A DNA stretch of 39,237 nucleotides from a virus (taxonomy: Duplodnaviria > Caudoviricetes). The position numbers and the translations under genes were made by a program. This document shows positions 25,766-33,499 of the stretch, in pieces. How positions within the stretch are numbered: position 1 is the stretch's first letter; the number at the start of each line of letters is the position of its first letter. Under the pieces are notes generated by a model. That model searched no databases, was not told where the DNA came from, and was given only the letters and a program-made list of their open reading frames with translations. Where the stretch lies: positions 1-39,237 of the IMG/VR virus record IMGVR_UViG_3300050195_000096. One strand, written 5' to 3'.

Positions 25766-27773
25766 GCTTAGTCACTCCTAGGACGAGATTCTGCATATTT
25801 GCAATTCCCTTGAACGTTACTTCTATAGACTCACCTGTGCAGCGCCCGAGGAACTTCTTAGTACGTCCCAAGATCTGAGAAAAAGTAAACTCTTTGGATG
25901 CTGCAGTAACTTCTAAGCCCTGCTGAGCAGGTTTAATGTAGATCTTTGTTTCTTCTGGATAAGTGATGTTAGACACCTCAACTTCCTGAATAGTCATCTT
26001 GGCTCCACGTGTAAGGCTTATAGGTCCAATGGTGATTCCGGAACTATAGTAATTCTTGAGCACATTTGAAGTGCCAATGGTAGGTGTGTTTATGTCTACA
26101 GCTACACGATCTATTGTGAGTACAGCTCCGGTAGGCTGAAGAAATGCCAGCATGTGCCTAGGATTAGTTGTATTATCAAATGCAGTCATAGTGAGATCAC
26201 TCTCTTGGGAGACTACCCCAGTATGGTTAAGCCTCAAGTGTCCCCAGCGATTTAACTGTATATCCCACACCAGTGCATGTTGATACCAAGCTGAATACTT
26301 AAGCTTGTACGAGACTACAACATATTTGGCTGAGATCATGTTTACATTTATGATCAAGCCCCCTACAATATCCTGCATTTTAACTAAACCCAACTCACCT
26401 GCACCACCATATTGGTATAGCCAATTAGAGGTAAGTGCATCATGTAGTTCTGGAAGGGTCTTAGCTGCTCCAGTAATGCTTATAGTCTGAAAACCTCTGC
26501 TGGTCCACGCAACTGCAAACTGAGACGATTCCGCACCTGCACAGCTTGCCAAGGATCTAATGCCTCCAGAATCTGGTACAGGTACAAATCTAAAGGGTGA
26601 GTTTGGAATATTAGTGTACTGAACACTAACAGCATTGAACTCTGAGAACAGCAAGACACCGCCCGCTAACGGCACCATCCCAGTTATTGGTCCATTCAAG
26701 CCTGACGGAGTTACATATCCAGAACCATAATTTAGAAAGTCAGTTGCAACTGTAGGTGTTGACCAGTAGAGCGTGGTAGCACTGGCCATAAGCATGTAAC
26801 CGCTACACGATGCTATAGAGTTTATCGTTACACCTGCATGTCCGACAGGCATTGTCAATGCAACCGATGCCGCGGAGACTGTATTTTTCAGTGCGTAGGT
26901 GACACCACTTGCTGCAGGATATAGGACATAGGTAATTCCATTGACTTCAGCACTTGAAGTTGTGCCAATTTGAAAACCTAGATTTATCCCTGCGGCATAG
27001 ATCCAATTTGTAACATCCTTAGGATAAATACTTGACCCGAGTACCAGTGCAGGAATTTTGCTTCCACCTGTAGTGCTGCAAGCTGTCGTCACTTCAGAAG
27101 CTGGAATCAGCAGGGTAGAGCTTTCATAGACAAGTAGACTTACTACTTTAACACTCGTACCACCGAATGGAAATCTAAAGTAAATGACATAGTAACCAGA
27201 GGCTGTCGCGGTATAGCTGCTTACGTTAACAGCTACTGATGAGAATGTTCCAGACACTCCAGATGCTGAATAGGCAACACATACATTTAATGCTGTAGGA
27301 TTGCTACAGGTGAGTTTAATGTAAATCTTTCCACCTGAGTTTAGATAGAATCTTTCTTGGGATGTATCTGGAATAATATCCGTTGGGCCAGTAGCTGCAA
27401 ATTCTGCAGATATGCTAAACTCGGCATCGGTATCACTGGCTACGAGTTGGCAAAGTCCTGCCCAACCACCAAGTCCACGCTCGAAGATCTGAGTTTTATT
27501 CCTATAACCATCCTCTAACGGATAACCGGTATCCGTCCGGATCGGTGCAATGGCAAGTCTGTACATTGTTCCAACATAGCCGCGAGCAGTGGGTAGGTAA
27601 TTCTCCATATGAATTACCTGTGGGATGTTCCAATCCATATTACTCGCAGCACCCGTGAAAGCCGCTGGAGCACGATTTGCGGTATCCATTCCAGCAATCA
27701 GTGCTGGAACTTGTCGTTCCTCATACTTGAATGGAAACTGTGCGTTGTTGAGTGCTATGCGTAGATAATTCAT
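25755..27773 (-). CDS. tail nozzle / packaged-DNA stabilisation protein (P22 gp10-like position)
   Basis: 672 aa beta-rich; MENYLPT near N-terminus, LYWSTP, LVWDIQLNRWG propeller-like motifs; lies between adaptor and ejection genes. Confidence 0.6.
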   Translation of the reverse strand: MNYLRIALNNAQFPFKYEERQVPALIAGMDTANRAPAAFTGAASNMDWNIPQVIHMENYLPTARGYVGTMYRLAIAPIRTDTGYPLEDGYRNKTQIFERGLGGWAGLCQLVASDTDAEFSISAEFAATGPTDIIPDTSQERFYLNSGGKIYIKLTCSNPTALNVCVAYSASGVSGTFSSVAVNVSSYTATASGYYVIYFRFPFGGTSVKVVSLLVYESSTLLIPASEVTTACSTTGGSKIPALVLGSSIYPKDVTNWIYAAGINLGFQIGTTSSAEVNGITYVLYPAASGVTYALKNTVSAASVALTMPVGHAGVTINSIASCSGYMLMASATTLYWSTPTVATDFLNYGSGYVTPSGLNGPITGMVPLAGGVLLFSEFNAVSVQYTNIPNSPFRFVPVPDSGGIRSLASCAGAESSQFAVAWTSRGFQTISITGAAKTLPELHDALTSNWLYQYGGAGELGLVKMQDIVGGLIINVNMISAKYVVVSYKLKYSAWYQHALVWDIQLNRWGHLRLNHTGVVSQESDLTMTAFDNTTNPRHMLAFLQPTGAVLTIDRVAVDINTPTIGTSNVLKNYYSSGITIGPISLTRGAKMTIQEVEVSNITYPEETKIYIKPAQQGLEVTAASKEFTFSQILGRTKKFLGRCTGESIEVTFKGIANMQNLVLGVTKHGN

Positions 27774-27787
27774 ATGCAGCTTTCAAG

Positions 27788-27810
27788 AAAAAGCCCACCG
27801 TAGTGGGCTT
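27788..27810 (-). terminator. Rho-independent terminator
   Basis: minus strand AAGCCCAC-TACG-GTGGGCTT-TTT. Confidence 0.8.
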
Positions 27811-27929
27811 AGGTTAGTTAATTAGGTTTAGGCGAGGTAAAGAAAGCTGGTAGCTAGGACTTCATCAGATGGCGATGGCTCCGGATGTGATCTGCAGTTG
27901 ACCTAGCATTCAATACTCACCGGCAGGGG

Positions 27930-29264
27930 TCAAGTGTTTACAACGGATCCGGACACATAGGGCAGCAATCCCATCGCCGTCAGGTTTGATATTCCGACGC
28001 ATCCCAGCCGCATTACAGCAGATGCCCCAGTCGCAACTTTGAGACTACACCACAGTAGTAACTGCGTAGTCCCTGAAGGTACTACTGCAGTAGCATGCAC
28101 CGGTATTAGATATTTACCGGGGGCTATGCGGCGCCCAGGGCATTGCAATATTACATCGCCAACGATATTAACCGCGGACTGATTAAGTAATTGCATGTAC
28201 GCTTGTGATGTCCCGGCGGCGTTACCCGTCTCCCATGTCCCAGAAACGTCATCAATCTGGACAAGTCCTGAAAATAATACTGTGTCGCCAACTGAAAACC
28301 CTGTTGTTGTAGCAGTCGCCAGTCTTCGATTACCTCCGCTGACTGTCCCGTCAAATGCCATTTTTGCCCATTTTCCAGCAGGCAGAACCCCCATTGTGTC
28401 GGTCTCCATTGAGTATACCGGGGCGGTACCGCTGCCCCCCGGCTGCTCAAACCACGACCCACCATTTGCGCTTGCACGCTGCCCAAGCGGATCTTGCGTG
28501 ATAGACATCAGGGGCGAGCGTATCCACATCCGCATGTGTCCTGGCGCGCCACATGCTACGACCATCGCATCGGCAACGAGCAGGCCAACTCGCAAATGCC
28601 CCAAATTATTCCAGTGCGTACCATCGCCGCTGTCATATGCCGCGAGCAAATACCCGGTTGCGGGGTCCGCAAGCGTGTCGTAAACCGGGACAACAACCCC
28701 ACCGAGTTTTGGCACGATCGTGCGGATAATAGCGTTGTACCCCTGTATTAGTACGTGTATACCCGCCGCCAGCGAGGACGAGCGCGGCGGAACCTCCAGT
28801 ACGATAAAGGGTCGAGTTGGAGCACCTAATACCGCTTGTGCAATACATGCCCGGAGGCGCGTCTCAAACTCCACAGTTGTGACGAGGTTGCCCGCATCAT
28901 TAGTTCCGACCTCGATGGACCACGCGTCAATCCCATACCCAGCGGCGGCATCTGTTTTCATGAGCGTCAGGATTACATCAGCCTGCGCCCCCGGTGTGCC
29001 GGCTTCGATGTAATTTGATGCGCATACCATCGCCCCAGCAGCGCGTGCGGCGATAGCTGTATAGCTTTGGGAAAAATTGCCGGCTGTCGACCCGTTCGTC
29101 AAGCTTGTCCCCGCGAATCCCCAGACACGCCCCGGCTTCACAGCCCCTGACACCGAGGATTGAAAAGCAGGTTGCGTGCTTACATCATCTAAGATAAGTT
29201 GAAGAGACTCAATTTGAGGTTCCGTGAAGCTTGGATAGCCGTTTTGATTAAGATCTACACCCAT
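27930..29264 (-). CDS. SGNH/GDSL esterase-domain protein, probable receptor-binding tail spike
   Basis: block I FAGTSLT, block III EVGTND, block V DGTHWN; beta-rich C-terminal domain; start at 29264 after AAAGGAG. Confidence 0.8.
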   Translation of the reverse strand: MGVDLNQNGYPSFTEPQIESLQLILDDVSTQPAFQSSVSGAVKPGRVWGFAGTSLTNGSTAGNFSQSYTAIAARAAGAMVCASNYIEAGTPGAQADVILTLMKTDAAAGYGIDAWSIEVGTNDAGNLVTTVEFETRLRACIAQAVLGAPTRPFIVLEVPPRSSSLAAGIHVLIQGYNAIIRTIVPKLGGVVVPVYDTLADPATGYLLAAYDSGDGTHWNNLGHLRVGLLVADAMVVACGAPGHMRMWIRSPLMSITQDPLGQRASANGGSWFEQPGGSGTAPVYSMETDTMGVLPAGKWAKMAFDGTVSGGNRRLATATTTGFSVGDTVLFSGLVQIDDVSGTWETGNAAGTSQAYMQLLNQSAVNIVGDVILQCPGRRIAPGKYLIPVHATAVVPSGTTQLLLWCSLKVATGASAVMRLGCVGISNLTAMGLLPYVSGSVVNT

Positions 29265-29275
29265 TTTGTACTCCT

Positions 29276-29539
29276 TTAACCTTTCGGTCCACTGGTTTGA
29301 TGCCACGTAAGTGCGGCGGCTATTGCTCCGAGCAGGTAGATAAGAGGCTTAGCTACACGGGCAATCTGCTCCAATACCCGTTGCGCTCCTTGAAAGTCTC
29401 GAAATACTTCAAGAAGTTCCGAGACTTTCTCTGTAAGCTTCTCAGTCTCTTCTGTATTCTTTTGAAGGTTATCTTCTAGATTAGCTACTTGACTTTGCAA
29501 CTCTGAGAAGTTGGTCTCTGTAAATGGCGAAGGGGGCAT
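29276..29539 (-). CDS. holin-like membrane protein (coiled coil plus C-terminal TM)
   Basis: coiled coil then PLIYLLGAIAAALTW; ATG 29539 after GGAG (in-frame GTG at 29551). Confidence 0.55.
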   Translation of the reverse strand: MPPSPFTETNFSELQSQVANLEDNLQKNTEETEKLTEKVSELLEVFRDFQGAQRVLEQIARVAKPLIYLLGAIAAALTWHQTSGPKG

Positions 29540-29579
29540 ATCAAACTCCACAATAGTGTGAAAGAATGATATGCCCCCT
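29531..29579 (-). promoter_or_regulatory. hairpin sequestering RBS and start codon of holin-like gene
   Basis: perfect 13-bp inverted repeat AGGGGGCATATCA/TGATATGCCCCCT plus inner TTTCACA/TGTGGAG stem. Confidence 0.7.
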
Positions 29580-29607
29580 GAGGAGTTGAGTAGATTATGG
29601 AAAGACG

Positions 29608-30171
29608 TTAACGAAGATTTGCCGTACTATGATTAGTTATCAGAGACGCAACTTCTTCTTGTGCCATCTGCGCCGCACGCTGCCTAATGCTATCTTCACC
29701 CTTTAAGCTCATGAGAGATGCTACAGCGGATGTGATGATTGCGTCAGGTTGAAGCTCTGCAATCCAGGATGTGAAGGTGGCAGTAGCTGTGTCTGGATCT
29801 TGAAAGTAATTAACTGTGATAGTTGAAGCTCCTGCCGTTGATCGCCAGTTAAGTGCAGAACCTGCTGCCCAGATGCAGTCCGTGCGAGGATAACCATCAA
29901 GATCAAATAGATCATCAGGATCTACGATCTTCAACTTATTGTCTTGGATGGACTGAAATCCACGGAAGCGTGGAGCTGATGCACCTGATAGGAGAATAGT
30001 TCCAGACGTTGCAAGTCCGGGAGTAATTGAGAATGACTGGATATCTCGCCAAAACGTATGTGATCTATGCAAAGATAAAGTCACTCTACGGATGGTAGAT
30101 CGTGCCTGCGCTTCCAGGTCAGGTCGGTTAGTCCAATCAAGAACCTCTTGAACAAGTTCAGTCAGAGTCAT
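29608..30171 (-). CDS. head-tail adaptor protein
   Basis: MTLTELVQEVLDWTNRPDL N-terminus, SWIAELQPDAII near C-terminus, size and position. Confidence 0.65.
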   Translation of the reverse strand: MTLTELVQEVLDWTNRPDLEAQARSTIRRVTLSLHRSHTFWRDIQSFSITPGLATSGTILLSGASAPRFRGFQSIQDNKLKIVDPDDLFDLDGYPRTDCIWAAGSALNWRSTAGASTITVNYFQDPDTATATFTSWIAELQPDAIITSAVASLMSLKGEDSIRQRAAQMAQEEVASLITNHSTANLR

Positions 30172-30176
30172 CAGTA

Positions 30177-30353
30177 TTACTCCTCAGGATCAATGTTTAG
30201 TGCATTTAAGAACTCATCCATTCCTGGATTCTTCTTAAGTTTTGCAACTAGGTCGCAAATCTCAATGCTCATTGCCTTGATCTTGTTCAAGGTTGCAATC
30301 TCTGCGGAACTCAGAGATTTAGGCTCTGCTTGTTCCATCTCTGAGTCCGACAT
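30177..30353 (-). CDS. 58-aa protein resembling the N-terminal half of Acb2 (absent from ORF track)
   Basis: MSDSEMEQAEPKSLSSAEIATLNKIKAMSIEICDLVAKLKKNPGMDEFLNALNIDPEE*; GAAAGG RBS; fills the gap between genes. Confidence 0.6.
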   Translation of the reverse strand: MSDSEMEQAEPKSLSSAEIATLNKIKAMSIEICDLVAKLKKNPGMDEFLNALNIDPEE

Positions 30354-30355
30354 GA

Positions 30356-30643
30356 TTAACGACCTTTCTTATCAGCAATGGTGGCGGCTGCTGCTTTTGC
30401 AGTAAGCTCCGCAATCAATGCACGTTGCGTAACATCTTCAGCCTCAGTGGTCTTAACTTCACTATCCGTCATGGGCAGGAAGATCGGAGAGCCGGAATCA
30501 TTTGCAATTGCAGTCAGCTCTTTCACAAGCTCAGGGTGCTGGTCCGAATCCAGCAGCAGCGTGCCAGTGATAACAACTGCATGACCTGCGGCGGTGATAT
30601 AGGTCAATTGCTTTTGATGCGTGCAGAATGCGTGGATAGCCAT
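30356..30643 (-). CDS. hypothetical structural-region protein
   Basis: 95 aa, GAAGGGA RBS. Confidence 0.65.
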   Translation of the reverse strand: MAIHAFCTHQKQLTYITAAGHAVVITGTLLLDSDQHPELVKELTAIANDSGSPIFLPMTDSEVKTTEAEDVTQRALIAELTAKAAAATIADKKGR

Positions 30644-30645
30644 GA

Positions 30646-30801
30646 TTAGTTAGTCCCTTCGTTTTTGACGATTGCAGCAATGCCAGCGATTACTAGCCCG
30701 TAGGCTGCTGGATCTGCAAACTTGGTGGTAAAGAGTTGCGATAGGCCTTGGAAGATTAAACCGTAGCCTGCAAACGAGGATGCTTGGGTGAGACGGTTCA
30801 T
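30646..30801 (-). CDS. 51-aa two-TM membrane protein, holin-like (absent from ORF track)
   Basis: MNRLTQASSFAGYGLIFQGLSQLFTTKFADPAAYGLVIAGIAAIVKNEGTN*; AAAGGA RBS; ATGA overlap with HNH stop. Confidence 0.6.
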   Translation of the reverse strand: MNRLTQASSFAGYGLIFQGLSQLFTTKFADPAAYGLVIAGIAAIVKNEGTN

Positions 30802-31301
30802 GCTTGGGATTCCTTTGAGGGTTCAGGGATGGCAGTAGAAGGCCGATGAATCAGTGAGTTGAGAGCCTTAGCTGCACAGTACGCAGCATGTGCCTCTGAC
30901 TCAGTGTTAAAGTAGCCCAGATGCTTACGCTTACCGTTAACAGTTAATGAAGTATACCATTTACCGATTCGATTGTGAAAGGATGTTCCACGCCCTAGGC
31001 GATTATGGCAATTTTCAGAGACTGTAACATCCCGCAAATTCTTCCACTCGTTGTCAGCCCGTTTGCCATTGAGGTGGTCTATGTGCCCTTTAGGCCCAGT
31101 ACCAGTCATCATAATCCAAATAATTTTATGGCTAATATACTGTTTACCTTTGTGGTAAAGCTGCGTGTACCCTGGCCCTGTAGCACTTAACTTGAGTTCA
31201 CCTCCACGGCCGTCAGCATTTAGCCTGCTGCGCCAGTACAATTTACCGCTTTCTGGGTCATACACGTAGGTGTTGTTAAGTTCTTCTTGAGTTGGGTACA
31301 T
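30798..31301 (-). CDS. free-standing HNH homing endonuclease with AP2-like domain
   Basis: HKIIW..MTG, IDHLNGKRADNEWKNLR..T..EN; KWYTSLTVNGKRKHLGYFNTESEAHAAY. Confidence 0.9.
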   Translation of the reverse strand: MYPTQEELNNTYVYDPESGKLYWRSRLNADGRGGELKLSATGPGYTQLYHKGKQYISHKIIWIMMTGTGPKGHIDHLNGKRADNEWKNLRDVTVSENCHNRLGRGTSFHNRIGKWYTSLTVNGKRKHLGYFNTESEAHAAYCAAKALNSLIHRPSTAIPEPSKESQA

Positions 31302-31316
31302 TTAAAACTCCTAACT

Positions 31317-31332
31317 AGGGGCCGAAGCCCCT
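31317..31332 (-). terminator. cUUCGg hairpin after capsid gene (weak terminator or stabiliser)
   Basis: AGGGGC-TTCG-GCCCCT on minus strand; no clear U tract. Confidence 0.5.
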
Positions 31333-31342
31333 GAGGTTACTA

Positions 31343-32557
31343 TCAGCCCGCTGCCCCAGTAGTGAAGTTATAAAGCACAGAATTCGCTGCTGGGTTCTTG
31401 TGAAGGCAGGTGAGCTCAGTAGTGAGAGTGCCTCCAAAAGCGTCAATACCGTTATCGACCGGAGTGCCATTAGTACCATACTCCTGACGCGAAGTTTGGC
31501 GCCCTGCAAGATAGGCAACATTGAAGTTAGCCATATCCAGCGAGATTGCCATACGTGCCCACTGCGAATTACGGCCATAGGCATTCAGCAGAGGATGTTC
31601 GATCAGCTTAAACTCTCCACGTGGAGTGGAGAAAGTAGAGAACTTCAGACCCCACGAGTTTTGCTGATCGCTGATCTGGTAAGTGGAGTTCTTTTGGAAC
31701 ACTTGATGGAATGCCCGACGCGCCTGACCACCGCAGAACACTACACGCATGTTGCCGTTCGTGGTATCCGTAACAACGTCCAGCGACGGATCCAGTGCAG
31801 CTTCCAGTGCAGTCCAAGTGGTAGGCGTAACAGAGCCACCCAGCGTAACAACGTTACTAGGTGCATTGACGGTGGTCAGATTAAGAACACCATCCATAGT
31901 GTGCAGCGGCTGACCATTCAGCGTACCGAGATACTTCTGGCCAAGCAGCAGTGCCTTTTCAATATCAGCGGCGTGGAACGCTGCACACTCCGAGCGCGAT
32001 TCGCTATCGGTGGTGCCACCAGCAATGACGGCCGTAGCTGCATTAGTACCCGAGACTGCCCACGAATTGCGGAAGATTTGCGTGTAGTTAGTGACACGCG
32101 AAGCAGTGATATTGAGTGCCGTCGGACGAGTCGACGATTCCTCGAAGGCATTACCAGACATGACCCATGCATCAGTAGCAGTGGTGGCGGCCGCAGCGAC
32201 AGTGCCTACGGCACGAGTCACAGTCAGCGTGGTGCCCGAAGGAATGGCACGTACCAGAACTTGCTCGCCTGTGCGATCATTGCGCATCAACATACCGATG
32301 ACAATGTTAGTAGTGCTGGATACATTCAGCGTAGTAGCGCCAGAAGCATCAATAGCAGTGCTAGTGAAGCTGGGAAACAGCATGGTCTTCGTAAAGAATC
32401 CATGCTCAATCTGCATTGCAGTTTCCGATTTAATCATCGAAGTCATTGCAAACAGAGGTGCTTGGCCATTGGGCATCAGCTTAGTGATTGCCGAGGCGAA
32501 AGATTTCTTGGCCAGGTCCGTAGGAAGGGCCGAAGTATTGAAAATGCCAGTAGCCAT
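31343..32557 (-). CDS. major capsid protein (SU10/DUF5309-like)
   Basis: 404 aa after scaffold; NYTQIFRNSWAVSGT, DIEKALLLG, FSTPRG; beta-rich insert in the N-terminal third. Confidence 0.85.
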   Translation of the reverse strand: MATGIFNTSALPTDLAKKSFASAITKLMPNGQAPLFAMTSMIKSETAMQIEHGFFTKTMLFPSFTSTAIDASGATTLNVSSTTNIVIGMLMRNDRTGEQVLVRAIPSGTTLTVTRAVGTVAAAATTATDAWVMSGNAFEESSTRPTALNITASRVTNYTQIFRNSWAVSGTNAATAVIAGGTTDSESRSECAAFHAADIEKALLLGQKYLGTLNGQPLHTMDGVLNLTTVNAPSNVVTLGGSVTPTTWTALEAALDPSLDVVTDTTNGNMRVVFCGGQARRAFHQVFQKNSTYQISDQQNSWGLKFSTFSTPRGEFKLIEHPLLNAYGRNSQWARMAISLDMANFNVAYLAGRQTSRQEYGTNGTPVDNGIDAFGGTLTTELTCLHKNPAANSVLYNFTTGAAG

Positions 32558-32573
32558 GATGTTGGTTCCTTAG

Positions 32574-33296
32574 TTAACCAGTATAATCGGAAAAATCGTA
32601 TTTTGCACTCTCGCGGGCTTGGGCAGCAGTTTGTGCCTTAGTTGCCGGATCGTGCATGTTGATGGCCTGAGCCGCAGAAGTGAAGAAACTTTCAGCGCGC
32701 AGTGCAATATCCTGAGGTGACATATTGGGATTTTGCTGTGCGATCTGACCACGAAGAACTTGGAGTAGCGGTTGCACTGCAGGATTGTCAAGAGCCGGAT
32801 TTGAGATCGGCTGGCTTGCTAGATTACTTTTCTTAACGGCATCGGGAAGGTATTCCTTAACTCGATCACCTTGCTTGCGAAGTGCTGATTCAGTAGTTGC
32901 AGCTTGTAGGCGCGTAGCCTGTGCAAAGCTCTCACGGCTAGTATGATTAAGAACTTCCATGAAGGATGCAGCATCCCCTGCCATGGCTTTTTGAACAAGT
33001 TCCGGATTCAGGCCACGCGTAAAGTCTACTTGGCGCAGACCTTGCTGAAGTTTATTCTCATCAAGCGTGAGATAAGGAGCAGCGAACGGATCTGCGGATT
33101 GAGCCTGCACGGCTGCAGGTGCCCAAATATCTTTGAAGCCATCCATTGGATTAGCTGGGACTGCAGACTGCTCAGGTTGTTGTGGGATGGCGCCAGGATT
33201 ATTCTGTGCCAGTGGGTCAGCAGGCTTGGAGGCAGGAGCAGGAGCAGGGGCAGCGACAACTTGTTGCGTCGGCCGGAACATGTCAAAAATACTCAT
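32574..33296 (-). CDS. capsid scaffolding protein
   Basis: 240 aa, Pro/Gln/Ala-rich, between portal and capsid genes. Confidence 0.65.
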   Translation of the reverse strand: MSIFDMFRPTQQVVAAPAPAPASKPADPLAQNNPGAIPQQPEQSAVPANPMDGFKDIWAPAAVQAQSADPFAAPYLTLDENKLQQGLRQVDFTRGLNPELVQKAMAGDAASFMEVLNHTSRESFAQATRLQAATTESALRKQGDRVKEYLPDAVKKSNLASQPISNPALDNPAVQPLLQVLRGQIAQQNPNMSPQDIALRAESFFTSAAQAINMHDPATKAQTAAQARESAKYDFSDYTG

Positions 33297-33499
33297 GATT
33301 CAGAACTTTCTTCAGTGGATTGGAGGAGAGATTGTAGAAGGTCGAACTGACCCTTCATGTAGGCATGTTGCCTTATCGTATCCTGCAAATTCTCTTCATG
33401 AAAGGTAAATTGCAGGATAGTCGATGCTTTCTCAGCTAGGAGTTCCTTGAGGAGGAACTGCTGTTCCTTGCTGAGGCATAGGTTGCTGGGCTGGTGCAC
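33293..33499 (-). CDS. small hypothetical protein overlapping portal 3' end
   Basis: GTG start after AAGGA; stop overlaps scaffold ATG. Confidence 0.55.
   Translation of the reverse strand: MHQPSNLCLSKEQQFLLKELLAEKASTILQFTFHEENLQDTIRQHAYMKGQFDLLQSLLQSTEESSES

Noticed and set aside
28195-29018. Cluster of overlapping alternative ORFs in the SGNH gene
   Set aside because: Expected from the locally higher G+C and fewer stop codons; no independent coding signals
31400-32641. 413-aa ORF antisense to the major capsid gene
   Set aside because: Mirror frame of a strongly codon-biased gene; no RBS or protein-like motifs
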